A stretch of DNA of 25,175 nt, taken from an uncultured Thermoanaerobaculia bacterium. Lineage in GTDB: Bacteria > Acidobacteriota > Thermoanaerobaculia > Multivoradales > JBCCEF01. This document shows positions 17,501 through 25,175 of the stretch, one piece after another. Made by a program: the position numbers and the translations under genes. The notes under the pieces were generated by a model that did no database searches, was not told the DNA's origin, and saw nothing but the letters and a program-made list of their open reading frames with translations. Position 1 is the first letter of the stretch, and every line of letters begins with the position of its first letter. The DNA lies in the NCBI GenBank assembly GCA_964557755.1, contig CAZLBJ010000229.1:1-25175 (forward strand). Reading direction: 5' to 3'.

Positions 17501-19538
17501 CCATGCCGCACAGGTCCGAGGTGGTGGAGATCGGGCCGGTGTCACCGCCGTAGTGGCGCTCGCGGAAGACGTTGCCGTTGCCGTCGCGCTCGTACCAGCG
17601 CACGACGTCCGTCGTCGAGCGCGTGGACGTGCGCAGGACGCGCTCGCGCAGCAGCGCGCCGGTGGCGGCGTCGAAGCAGTGGTACTGCCGGGCCGTGTCG
17701 GTGCCCTCGGTCTGGCTGCGCTCGGAGTAGGTGCCGAGCACCCAGGAGGCCGGGGCGCCGAGGTAGCCGCCGGAGACGGTGTTGGTGACCGCGTCGACGT
17801 TGTAGGCGCCGTTGCCGGCGTTGAAGTCGGTGAGCTCGGTGCGGCTCGCGCCGCCGGTCCAGCTCGCGTTCGTCGTCCGGTTCCGGTAGTGGCCGAGGCC
17901 GTCGAAGCCCGAGGAGTCCTCGCTGCGCCAGGCGCTGGCGTCGTCCGCGTAGAAGGTCTTGCGGCTCGCCGGCCGGCGGTTGAGGTTCTCCCACTGGTCG
18001 GGCAGGACGTGGCTGCCGTTGATGCGGTCGCGCTCATAGCGCACGTAGACCCGGCGGCGGAGGTTGGCCGGCGACTCGGCGCCGGCGTAGATCTCCTGCG
18101 ACAGGAAGCGGCCCTCGTGGCTCGCCCGCGTGGTGAACGGCAGCCCGTACTGCCAGCCGTCCCAGGTCGATGGGTTGCCGCGCCAGTGGACGTCGAAGTA
18201 GAAGCGGCTCTGGTCGCCGCTCGGGTAGGTCACCAGGGTCGAGTGCTCGAAGGCGGCCCAGTTGCTCGACGGCGTGTAGGTCCACTCGCAGCCGACCTGG
18301 CCGAAGGAAAAGCAGCCGCCCGAGCTGTTGAGCATGCGCTTGCGGCGCACCCCCGTCGACAGCGCCGCCGACAGCGTCCCCGCTCCCTGCGAACCGCCGA
18401 CGACGCGGGTCGGGAAGCTGTAGTCGCGGTACGTCCACTCGTAGGCGCCCAGGGTCGGGAGCTTCAGGGTCTTCAGCACCCCCGGCTGGTTCTCCGCCGC
18501 TGAGAGATCGGCCCCGCTGCCCTCGCTGCACGTCCCGTAGTAGCTCGGCATCGCCCACGTCGAGCTATCCGGCAGCGTGACGTCCGCCAGCACCCAGATC
18601 GACCGCTGCGCCGGCGTCATCACCCCGTCCAGGTCGTCCAGCGTGTCGAGGTCGTCGTCGTCGTAGCAGCTCTCGTCGATCGTCTTCGGCCAGTAGTGGA
18701 ATTGGTAGGTCGCCGTGCCGCCGCCGATCGCTGCCAGCACCGCGCGGTCGACCACCTTCCAGGTCGTGCCGTCGATCGTCTTGTTTGTGAAGTAGAGATC
18801 GTGGCTGCGGTGGGCGTCGGCGAAGCGCCAGTGCAGGCTGGAGACCTGGGTGATCGTCAGCCGGTTGCCGAAGGCGTCCTCGATCCACTCCGGCCGGAAC
18901 TTCGACGACCAGTGGTTGACGTCGCGGCGAAAGCTGCGCGTCGAGCCGTCCGGGAAGTCGACCTCGAACTCGGTGCCGCTGAGCTTGCGCAGCCGCAGGT
19001 AGGAGCCGTCGCGGGTGAACGCACGGTCGGAGACCGGCGTCTCGTAGTTGTGCAGCGTGTCGTAGAAGGCGTGATGCGAGCCGTCCTCGCCGAGGTAGGC
19101 CCAGCGGCCGCCGGGGTTGTCCGGGTCCACGGCGTCCATGAGCTCGCCCAGCGACACCTTCCAGCCCGGGCTGGCGTTGTAGGTGCGGTCGAGCAGCGCC
19201 ACCTTCGAGGTCACCAGCTCGTAGTTGCCGTCGGGCCCGTATTTCCTCCACGTCCGCTGCTCGAAGCGCCAGACGTTGGAGTTGTAGGTCAGCGTCAGGT
19301 TGTAGGCGAGGTTGCCGTTGGCCGAGTAGCCCGGACCCAGCGGCAGGGCCAGGGTTAGGTTGCCGTTGAACAGGTTCACCGCGTCGACCTCGCCGAACTG
19401 GTAGAGCTTCTCGGCCGAGAAGCCGCGGGCGACGTCGGGGTTCTCCTGCGCCAGGGCGGGAGTAGAAGAGATGGCGGCGGCGAGCAGCGTCGCCGCGGAC
19501 AGCAGGAAGGGGAGCGAACGGACGAAGCGCGCGCGCAT
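14550..19538 (-). CDS. Rhs/YD-repeat polymorphic toxin with Sec signal peptide and C-terminal zinc metallopeptidase (HExxH) domain, 1662 aa
   Basis: Signal peptide MRARFVRSLPFLLSAATLLAAAISSTPALA. YD repeats (YDKHGRL, YDKRGFL, YDRAGRL, YDGVSRL). Rhs core HLDHLGTPR...FTGHERD...ARYY...YVAGNPLKFTDPNG, followed by a 173-aa tip with HEVGH. Confidence 0.95.
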   Translation of the reverse strand: MRARFVRSLPFLLSAATLLAAAISSTPALAQENPDVARGFSAEKLYQFGEVDAVNLFNGNLTLALPLGPGYSANGNLAYNLTLTYNSNVWRFEQRTWRKYGPDGNYELVTSKVALLDRTYNASPGWKVSLGELMDAVDPDNPGGRWAYLGEDGSHHAFYDTLHNYETPVSDRAFTRDGSYLRLRKLSGTEFEVDFPDGSTRSFRRDVNHWSSKFRPEWIEDAFGNRLTITQVSSLHWRFADAHRSHDLYFTNKTIDGTTWKVVDRAVLAAIGGGTATYQFHYWPKTIDESCYDDDDLDTLDDLDGVMTPAQRSIWVLADVTLPDSSTWAMPSYYGTCSEGSGADLSAAENQPGVLKTLKLPTLGAYEWTYRDYSFPTRVVGGSQGAGTLSAALSTGVRRKRMLNSSGGCFSFGQVGCEWTYTPSSNWAAFEHSTLVTYPSGDQSRFYFDVHWRGNPSTWDGWQYGLPFTTRASHEGRFLSQEIYAGAESPANLRRRVYVRYERDRINGSHVLPDQWENLNRRPASRKTFYADDASAWRSEDSSGFDGLGHYRNRTTNASWTGGASRTELTDFNAGNGAYNVDAVTNTVSGGYLGAPASWVLGTYSERSQTEGTDTARQYHCFDAATGALLRERVLRTSTRSTTDVVRWYERDGNGNVFRERHYGGDTGPISTTSDLCGMALSGDGYRRESAFQYGTLSSSRWLTGTGAHVLWTYQSTVDQATGLPKTVTGADGLTVTLTYDSSGRRTAEIPQSGAGARTTYTYNRATSASSPAEVLIRQHNNIGSVVLTQAKAVFDPFGRFWRDQRLEPSGSWSTVDTVVNSMGWTHSTSERQLGWPSKLTMYKNYDPFGRPGRIEPPDDPNGHKILLWYAGERQTTRAYTVCSSTAGCPSSAYETGYQVVETYDKHGRLHKVAEPSGAGGASVTTTYLYDVGNRLRQASTSNGTTQTRTFTYDKRGFLTSEQHPEKGASGNGTVSYLSYDALGNAGRKLDGPFDVRYAYDRAGRLAAVDELAGGSTRRVKTFTYAPWSSGSDLRGGKLWTADRYHYVVLNGNSFKVQARETYTYAGLGGAVSKRDTQLWVNDAPTDSFTQGFAWRDLGNLNYVDYPECTNAGCTAQSPRRVQHNFNTSHRGYLASVQDLTTGQWLATAFSYHPNGMYSQVTHGNGVADHQSLEASAMARPAALWTTGASSNWSSGTYRFDGAGNVAAIGTANYAYDGVSRLTRATTKTGQTGGGSTYTRAYTYDAFANLTNIQALSGPAGRSIPVSPANNRLTTAGYDSAGNVTSWNGTGFEYDAMGMVKKRIDSGGGEWLFFYTADDERLWSYHWTGSRWTLRDLDGKVLRDYRAGPSGWSVERDYVYADGKLLAAVKPSPNTTYHYHLDHLGTPRLITNQFGNQMAYHAYFPYGEEATYWGQDTETMKFTGHERDFYSSGPGDDLDYHHARYYNPLHGRYLTIDPLNRRTALDSPLRYNRYGYVAGNPLKFTDPNGKDLFIVYDYSQSGLTQNQRTALQIGVQEVFRAAGVDKVMSFDSEGSGEPKMMKASDRKVDVKVKDKAIAQGAFGIRSLDRVTVSTAKAPDGDSSTMNFLVNATSHEVGHATGALQKYSGDAAPVGSLMNPIENQAAPGTVMESPVSAEDLGDHVRSFSDEDAASLREVLNDGP

Positions 19539-19541
19539 CGC

Positions 19542-20291
19542 TCAGACCTCCCCGCCGGCGTCACCGGCGCCGTCGTCGCCGCTCTCGGGCGCGTCGGCCA
19601 GCCGCTTCGCGTACACCACCAGCGTCTGCGGGTCGACGCCGACCAGCACGTCCTTCGACCGCAGCCGCTCGGGCGCCGGGCCGCTGTCGCCCAGCGCCAG
19701 CAAGCGCGTGACGTCCAGGGAGATGCGCGAGTCCGCCGCGCCGTCGGCGTCGAGGCCGCCGCCGTCGCCCAGCGCGATGCCCCAGAAGCCCACCCCCGCC
19801 TCGCCGTCCGGCCCGCTCGCCGGCCGCACCAGCAGCAGGTCGAGGAACCGCCCCTCGTGCGCCAGGAACCGCGCGTTGGCCCCCAGCCCCTGCGCCGGCA
19901 GCTCGATCCGCTCGAGCTCGTGACCCTCCGGCGCGCCCAGGGCGTACTCGCCGGTCGCGAGATCGACCACCGCCCACACCGAATGGACCATCAGCGGCTC
20001 GCCGATCTCCCAGCGCACCGCCCCTTCGGCGTCCGCCTCGAGTCGGTTCTCGATGCGCAGCGTCCGCGGGATCGCCCGCTGCCGGTCGCGGCCGAGGCCG
20101 AACACCACCACCTCGCCCTCCGGCGTCGCGCCGGAGACCAGGACCGCCGACTCCTCGAAGGCCAGCGCGGGCTCCACCTCCGGTGCCGCGGGAGCCTCGC
20201 CGGGCGCCTGGGCGCCGGCCGGCGAGGCGGCCAGGATCATGAGACAGAACACGGTGGACACACCCATGAATCGGGGGGAGAACGGCGACAT
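19542..20291 (-). CDS. Secreted hypothetical protein, putative Rhs accessory factor (249 aa)
   Basis: RBS GGAGG and signal peptide ending AGA-Q. Stop lies 3 nt before the Rhs ATG. Contains the acidic loop GDGGGLDADGAAD. Confidence 0.8.
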   Translation of the reverse strand: MSPFSPRFMGVSTVFCLMILAASPAGAQAPGEAPAAPEVEPALAFEESAVLVSGATPEGEVVVFGLGRDRQRAIPRTLRIENRLEADAEGAVRWEIGEPLMVHSVWAVVDLATGEYALGAPEGHELERIELPAQGLGANARFLAHEGRFLDLLLVRPASGPDGEAGVGFWGIALGDGGGLDADGAADSRISLDVTRLLALGDSGPAPERLRSKDVLVGVDPQTLVVYAKRLADAPESGDDGAGDAGGEV

Positions 20292-20424
20292 GAAGGAACC
20301 TCCACAGCTCGCCGGGCATCACAGCAGCACTGCACGCTCCGGCCGGGTTTACGACGTGGCGGAGGGCGTCGCCCGCCGCCGGTTTCGCAGCTCCTTCCAG
20401 CATGAGCTGCGTGAATGAGCGCGC

Positions 20425-20453
20425 TTTATATCGACCTTTGTGCACCAGGTCAA
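20425..20453 (-). promoter_or_regulatory. Sigma-70-type promoter for the accessory-Rhs-immunity operon
   Basis: TTGACC (20453-20448), N17, TATAAA (20430-20425) on the minus strand. Confidence 0.65.
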
Positions 20454-20659
20454 TCCCCGAAATACGAAACCGCCGGCTCGCTTTTCGCGCACCGGCTCAG
20501 CCGCGGTTCAGGATCGGCAGGTTGACGGGGTGGGCGCCGGCTGGCAGGCGGCGGGCTCCTGGTATGCTCGGCGGCGTCCGCGGCCCCGGTCCCGGGGCCG
20601 CTTTCCCACGCCATGCGCGTCGAACCATCCACCGGTGCCGCCGGGAGGGGACTGCCGTC

Positions 20660-21838
20660 ATGAAGACCGATCGGAAGCGTTACGTCATCGCCGGTGCGGG
20701 GGGCATCGGCACCGCCGCCGGGGTGCTGCTCGCCGTCGTCGGCCGCGAGGACTGCGACCTGGTGCTGTGGGACGCCGACCCCGCCGCGCTCAAGCGCGCC
20801 CACGACCGCCTGCCGCGCGACGGCCGGGTGCGCTCGGTGGAGGCGCTGGAGGTGCCGCGCGGCGAGGTGCCGGAGGCGTTGACGCGCACGCTGGCGGCGG
20901 CCGACATCGTGCTCGACTGCATGCCCGGGGCCGCCGCGCCGTTCGTCGCCCGCCTCGCCCTCGACCACCGCCTGCATTACGTCAACCTCACGGAGCACGT
21001 CGCCGAGACGAACCAGATCCTGGAGATGGCGCGCGGCGCGGAGACCGGCTTCGCGCTGCAGACCGGCCTGGCGCCCGGCTTCGTCAACGTCGTCGCGCTG
21101 CGCCTGTTCCACGACTTCTGCCGCGACTTCGGCGTCGACACCGTGGAGCGCATCAAGATGCGCGTCGGCGCCCTCACCTTGCACGCCCAGGCGCCGCACT
21201 TCTACGCCTTCACCTGGAGCCCGTCCGGAGTGGCCACCGAGTACCTCGAGCCGGCGGTCGTGGTGCGCGGCTTCGAGCGCACCACGCGGCCGTCGCTGAC
21301 CGAGCGCGAGACGCTGATCATCGGTGGGGTTCCCTACGAGGAGGACCTCACTTCCGGCGGCGCCGCCGACCTGCCCGACGCCCTGGCAGGCCGCGTCCGC
21401 GACCTCGATTACAAGACGCTGCGCTACCCGGGGCACTACGCCTGGGTGGCGGCGCAGGTGGCGGCGCTCGGGGCGGGCGAGGGGGGCGGGGAGAAGGACG
21501 GCGGCGCGGCGCACGGCAACGGCCGCGTGCGCGCCCTCCAGGAGGTCATGGAGCGCGAGATCCCGCGCTGCGAGGAGGACCGGGTGGTGGTCTACGCCTC
21601 GGTGCAGGGGCGCGACGAGCGCGGCGTGCCGCGGCTGCGCGAGGAGGTCCACCACGTGCTGCCGGTCGAGCTCGGCGGCGTGCGCCTGCGCGCCATCCAG
21701 ACCTCCACCGCGGCGCCGCTGGTGGAGGTCGCCCACATGCTGCTCGCCGGCGGCTACCGCGGGCCGGTGCTGCAGAGCCGCATCGACCCGTACGACTTCC
21801 TCGGCGGCCGCTTCGTCTCCCGCATCTACGGCACCTGA
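20660..21838 (+). CDS. Saccharopine dehydrogenase family oxidoreductase (lysine 6-dehydrogenase-like), 392 aa
   Basis: ATG 20660 with RBS GGGAGGGG. Rossmann motif VIAGAGGIG, plus TGLAPG, FTWSPSGVATEY and YKTLRYPGH. Confidence 0.88.
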   Translation: MKTDRKRYVIAGAGGIGTAAGVLLAVVGREDCDLVLWDADPAALKRAHDRLPRDGRVRSVEALEVPRGEVPEALTRTLAAADIVLDCMPGAAAPFVARLALDHRLHYVNLTEHVAETNQILEMARGAETGFALQTGLAPGFVNVVALRLFHDFCRDFGVDTVERIKMRVGALTLHAQAPHFYAFTWSPSGVATEYLEPAVVVRGFERTTRPSLTERETLIIGGVPYEEDLTSGGAADLPDALAGRVRDLDYKTLRYPGHYAWVAAQVAALGAGEGGGEKDGGAAHGNGRVRALQEVMEREIPRCEEDRVVVYASVQGRDERGVPRLREEVHHVLPVELGGVRLRAIQTSTAAPLVEVAHMLLAGGYRGPVLQSRIDPYDFLGGRFVSRIYGT

Positions 21839-21856
21839 GCTCGAGCCCCGGCGCCC

Positions 21857-22492
21857 CTAGCCGCCGGCCGGCAGGTAGTGGCCGTCGAAGGCCACCTTCC
21901 AACTCGCCCCCTGGTCGCGCGACATCTCCCAGGTCTGGCGCACCGAGCCGTCCGCCTGCGGCGTCCAGGTGATGCGGCTCCACGGGCGGTCGTCCTGCGG
22001 ATTGTCGGAGAGCACCATCTTGCCGTCCTCGAACCCTCCCACCAGGTAGAGCGGCTGGCCGCCGGAGTCGATCCAGGTCTGGTGCCAGCGGCCGTCGAAG
22101 CGGTCGTAGAAGCTGAGCGACGAGCCGGCGTAGGAGCCGTCGGCGGTGGTGTACTCCTCGCGCAGCGTGCAGCCGTCGAGCTGCTTGCTGATGACGTTGC
22201 GGGAGGGGCGCTTGCCGGAGTCCTCCTTGCCCCACTCGTGGACCTCCCAGGTGCCGAGCCAGAAGTCGAACTGGGCGTTCTCAGGGGCCTGGCACGAGGG
22301 CGGGGCCGGCTCGGCGGGGGCCTGCGGCTCGGCGGCGGGCGCTTCGGCCGGCGGCTGCGCGGGCGGCGGCTCGGCCGGGGGCGGCTCGTTCTGGGCCACG
22401 ATCGGCAGCGCCGCGGCCAGCGCCACGGCCAGGGTCAGGGCCAGCGCCGCCAGCCGGAGGCGATTCTCGTCGTCGGGTCTCCCTGCATGCAT
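21857..22492 (-). CDS. Secreted protein with Pro/Ala/Glu linker and probable beta-barrel (lipocalin/DUF1579-like) domain
   Basis: RBS GGAGG, signal peptide, PAE-rich linker, then C...QFDFWLGTW, WHQTWID, RITW and VRQTWEMS. The family is from recall, not a search. Confidence 0.75.
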   Translation of the reverse strand: MHAGRPDDENRLRLAALALTLAVALAAALPIVAQNEPPPAEPPPAQPPAEAPAAEPQAPAEPAPPSCQAPENAQFDFWLGTWEVHEWGKEDSGKRPSRNVISKQLDGCTLREEYTTADGSYAGSSLSFYDRFDGRWHQTWIDSGGQPLYLVGGFEDGKMVLSDNPQDDRPWSRITWTPQADGSVRQTWEMSRDQGASWKVAFDGHYLPAGG

Positions 22493-22554
22493 CGTGGGTA
22501 TCCCTCCAAAGGTCGGTGGACGGCGATCCTATCGCGCGGCGCGAGTCTACGTAT

Positions 22555-22583
22555 TTGCGCCAGTGCAGATAAGCGGATATTAT
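22555..22583 (+). promoter_or_regulatory. Sigma-70-type promoter for hydrolase operon
   Basis: TTGCGC (22555-60), N17, TATTAT (22578-83). Confidence 0.5.
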
Positions 22584-22670
22584 CCTGCGGCATTCAAGGA
22601 AGTGCGCGGCCGGGTCCGCGGGGTCCGGCCGCCTCGCATCCACTGTCGCCAGGAAAGGAGCAGCCGTCAC

Positions 22671-23678
22671 ATGCGACTCCGTCTTCTCCCGGGGCTGGCC
22701 CTCGCCGCCGCGCTGGCGCTGGCCGCGCCCCAGGCCCTCGCCCAGCCGTGCTTCATCTTCGTGCACGGCAAGCAGACCAACACCAACACCTACACCAGCT
22801 ACAGCGCCGCCCGCAGCTACTGGATCTCGGGCTCGCGCGACTTCGTCGCCACCGCCACGCGGGGCTTCGCGGCCTCGTTCTACGTCGTGGGCTACAACGG
22901 CACGCGGCCCTACTGGGACGCCCAGGCGGCCGGTGAGGTGGCCAACGAGATCGTCAACGCCACCAACGGCGGCACCGACGGCGGCGGCAACCGCTGTGCC
23001 CTGAGCTGGTCGCAAGGCGGCACCTTCTGGGTGGTGGCGCACTCGATGGGCGGGCCGGTGATGGACTTCATCCTCGGCAACAACGACGCCTCGGACCCCA
23101 ACTTCAACTTCAACGGTCCCTACTCGACGGTGGCCCAGCGCATCAGCCTGGCGATCACCCTCTCCGGCGCCCACCGCGGCTCGCAGGGGGCCGACGCCGT
23201 GTGCGCGCAGGGCAACCCGTTCTGCAACTTCATCGCCCAGTTCATCCAGAGCTGCGACGACGCCACCTGGTGGCTGCGCAGCTCGGACGACGTGCAGGTG
23301 CGGACGTTCTCGAACGCGCCGGCGCGCAACGTCTATCTGACCGGCGGCTACGAGGCGATCTTCGGCGCCTCGGCGTGCCTCTCCGGCGAGGACGACGGGG
23401 TGGTGCAGTACGCCTCGATCTACGCCTGCGGCGGCAGCGCCACGACCGGCTACGACAACTCGAACGTGTGCGGCAACGGCTTCAAGCAGGAAGCGTCCGG
23501 CTTCTTCAACCTCGACGCCGGGCACGAGAACCACGACGACATCCGCAACGACGCCGACCGCGACACGCGGCGCCAGGTGCCGAACGGCATCTGGAACTGC
23601 GGCGGCTCGCCCTGCGCCCCGAACACCCAGGTGCAGAGCGCGATGTCGAGCGCCCAGTTCGTGAGCATCCTGTGGTGA
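22671..23678 (+). CDS. Secreted alpha/beta-hydrolase (lipase/esterase-like), 335 aa
   Basis: ATG 22671 with RBS AAAGGAG. Signal peptide ending ALA-Q. Oxyanion motif FVHG, nucleophile AHSMG, probable Asp in EDDG and His in ENHDD. Ten Cys. Confidence 0.88.
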   Translation: MRLRLLPGLALAAALALAAPQALAQPCFIFVHGKQTNTNTYTSYSAARSYWISGSRDFVATATRGFAASFYVVGYNGTRPYWDAQAAGEVANEIVNATNGGTDGGGNRCALSWSQGGTFWVVAHSMGGPVMDFILGNNDASDPNFNFNGPYSTVAQRISLAITLSGAHRGSQGADAVCAQGNPFCNFIAQFIQSCDDATWWLRSSDDVQVRTFSNAPARNVYLTGGYEAIFGASACLSGEDDGVVQYASIYACGGSATTGYDNSNVCGNGFKQEASGFFNLDAGHENHDDIRNDADRDTRRQVPNGIWNCGGSPCAPNTQVQSAMSSAQFVSILW

Positions 23679-23701
23679 ACCGGCGACGAGGAGAGACGAC
23701 G

Positions 23702-24763
23702 ATGACGACGACGAAGAAGAAGGTGAACACCATCCCGATCGCCCTCGCCGCCCTGGCGCTGGGCGCCCTGCTGCTGCTGCCGGCCGCGGCGCCGCCGGCC
23801 TTCGCCCAGGCGGTCGACCTCGGCGGCGAGCCGGAGCCGCTGGCCGTGCGGGCGGCGGCGAGCTACCGCGACGCCGCCCGCTACCCCGACCATGCGCGCC
23901 CGGTGGCGCCCGGCGCTCCCGACCCGGTGCGCGCCGAGCGCACGCCGTCGCCCCAGTCGCGCGCCGGCGCCGGGCCGGACGCGCCGGTGGTCACCGTGTG
24001 GGCCGGGCAGGTGAGCTACGAGCACCCGCGGCCGGTCGACCTCTACGCGACGGTGGAGGGGCCGGGCAAGGGCGCGGGCGCTCCGGGAGCGACGCTCGAC
24101 GCCTCGTTCAGCGGCGAGGTGGTGACCGCCGGCGGCGAGCTGGTCGGTACCCTGACCTGGCGCGACGACGGCGAGGGCGCCGACCGCCGCGCCGGCGACG
24201 GCGTCCACTCGGCGCTGTTCTCGCTGCCGGCCGACGTCGACCCCGGCCTCGCCACCTCGTACGGCGTGCGGGTGACCGCGGTGACGGCGGAGGGCGAGGC
24301 GCTCACCGTCCTCGGCGGCTTCCTCTACGCCGACCCCGACGCCCGGCTCACCGGCCGCTTCCGCGACGCCGTGCGCGGCGGCAACCTGGTGATCGAAGCC
24401 GAGGTGGAGGTCGAGGCGGCCGGCCGCTTCCACCTCGCCGGTACCCTGGCCGACACGAAGGGGAGCCCGATCGGCTGGGCGCAGGCGGCGGCGCGGCTCG
24501 AGCCGGGCACGCACTGGCTTGAGCTGTCGTTCTACGGCCTGATGTTCCACGAGCGGGGCGCCGCCGGGCCGTTCCGGCTGGTCTCCGCGGCGCTGTCGAC
24601 CACCACCGCGATGCCCAACGCGCTCAACGACCTGGTCGAGGACGCGCACCGCACGCGGGCGTACCCCTTGGCCCGCTTCACCGGCCGCCCCTTCGGCAAC
24701 CCCGGCCTGCTGCAGGCCGCCGAGCGGCTGGAGGCGGCGGGGAAGCCCGGCGGCGGGCGCTAG
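23702..24763 (+). CDS. Secreted partner protein with choice-of-anchor-X-like motif and Ig-like C-terminal domain, 353 aa
   Basis: ATG 23702 with RBS GAGGAG. Signal peptide ending AFA-Q. Motif WRDDGEGADRRAGDGVHS. Beta-rich C-terminus (LVIEAEVEV...GRFHLAGTL...LSFYG...GPFRL). Confidence 0.78.
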   Translation: MTTTKKKVNTIPIALAALALGALLLLPAAAPPAFAQAVDLGGEPEPLAVRAAASYRDAARYPDHARPVAPGAPDPVRAERTPSPQSRAGAGPDAPVVTVWAGQVSYEHPRPVDLYATVEGPGKGAGAPGATLDASFSGEVVTAGGELVGTLTWRDDGEGADRRAGDGVHSALFSLPADVDPGLATSYGVRVTAVTAEGEALTVLGGFLYADPDARLTGRFRDAVRGGNLVIEAEVEVEAAGRFHLAGTLADTKGSPIGWAQAAARLEPGTHWLELSFYGLMFHERGAAGPFRLVSAALSTTTAMPNALNDLVEDAHRTRAYPLARFTGRPFGNPGLLQAAERLEAAGKPGGGR

Positions 24764-24789
24764 CCGGCGCGCCGCGGCCCGCCGCACCG

Positions 24790-24825
24790 ACGCCCCGTGC
24801 CGGTCCGCCGGCACGGGGCGTTTCT
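24790..24825 (+). terminator. Intrinsic terminator-like hairpin between convergent genes
   Basis: Perfect 14-bp stem ACGCCCCGTGCCGG/CCGGCACGGGGCGT with a 4-nt loop, followed by TTCT. Confidence 0.7.
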
Positions 24826-25175
24826 CTAGATGAGGCCGAGCTCGAGCTTCGCGGCGTCGGACATCATGCCCTGGCTCCACGGCGGGTCGAACACCACCTC
24901 GACGTCGGCCGCCGCCACCTCCGGCAGCGCCTCGACCCTCTCCTTGACGTCGTTGGCGATCACCGGTCCCATGCCGCAGCCGGGGGCGGTGAGGGTCATC
25001 TTGACGTCCACCCGGTAGCCGCCCTCGGCGCCGCCGTTGGCCGGCGCCACCTGGCAGCTGTAGACCAGGCCGAGATCGACGATGTTGACCGGGATCTCCG
25101 GGTCGAACACCGTGCGCAACTGCTCCCAGACGCGCTCCTCGAGGTCGCCGCCGGCGCTCGCCGCCGCCGCCGACC
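24826..25175 (-). CDS. sufT: Fe-S cluster assembly protein SufT (DUF59/PaaD-like), 5' end outside the window
   Basis: VWEQLRTVFDPEIPVNIVDLGLVY...MTLTAPGCGMG...FDPPWSQGMMSDAAKLELG. The frame stays open to the window edge. Confidence 0.85.
   Translation of the reverse strand, partial: SAAAASAGGDLEERVWEQLRTVFDPEIPVNIVDLGLVYSCQVAPANGGAEGGYRVDVKMTLTAPGCGMGPVIANDVKERVEALPEVAAADVEVVFDPPWSQGMMSDAAKLELGLI

Noticed and set aside
15189-18503. 1104-aa plus-strand ORF and 760-aa alternate-frame ORF over the Rhs gene
   Set aside because: They are shadow ORFs of the GC3-biased Rhs coding sequence.
12581-20300. Mobile element or prophage around the low-GC tract
   Set aside because: No integrase, transposase, terminal repeats or tRNA target is visible.
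20330-20415. c-di-GMP-I riboswitch in the toxin operon leader (GCGAAACC...GTAAACC)
   Set aside because: The required GG-GACGCAAAG junction and pairing are not present.
20522-20568. TTGACG and TATGCT as a sigma-70 promoter for the dehydrogenase
   Set aside because: The spacing is 35 nt. At most an extended -10 (TGGTATGCT) remains, which is not enough to report.

Overview
High-GC (about 70%) bacterial window; the Rhs/accessory gene type suggests Acidobacteriota (Thermoanaerobaculia-like), which is inference only. From left to right: (1) A sigma-54 two-component system on the minus strand, made of an NtrC-type regulator (truncated) and a HAMP histidine kinase with heme-c-like CxxCH motifs in its extracytoplasmic sensor. 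It is divergent from a redox operon in which a Tat-exported tetra-[4Fe-4S] protein and an NrfD/HybB/HmcC-type membrane protein are flanked by three GcvH (lipoyl-carrier)-fold proteins. All three lack the lipoyl lysine, and no catalytic subunit is present. Two matching sigma-54 promoters with tandem palindromic enhancer sites are visible. (2) A four-domain S1 protein divergent from a receiver/PPDK-like protein across a symmetric 42-bp bidirectional promoter. (3) A polymorphic toxin locus on the minus strand: a secreted accessory protein, a signal-peptide-bearing 1662-aa Rhs protein with a HExxH metallopeptidase tip, a membrane-anchored immunity candidate, a mosaic Rhs relic and three low-GC orphan ORFs. 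(4) A saccharopine/lysine dehydrogenase family gene, a secreted beta-barrel-like protein, a secreted lipase-like hydrolase with a downstream secreted partner, and truncated sufT. The strongest novelty candidates are the lipoyl-less GcvH triad/HybAB-like module with its heme-sensing regulator and the Sec-exported Rhs plus accessory system.
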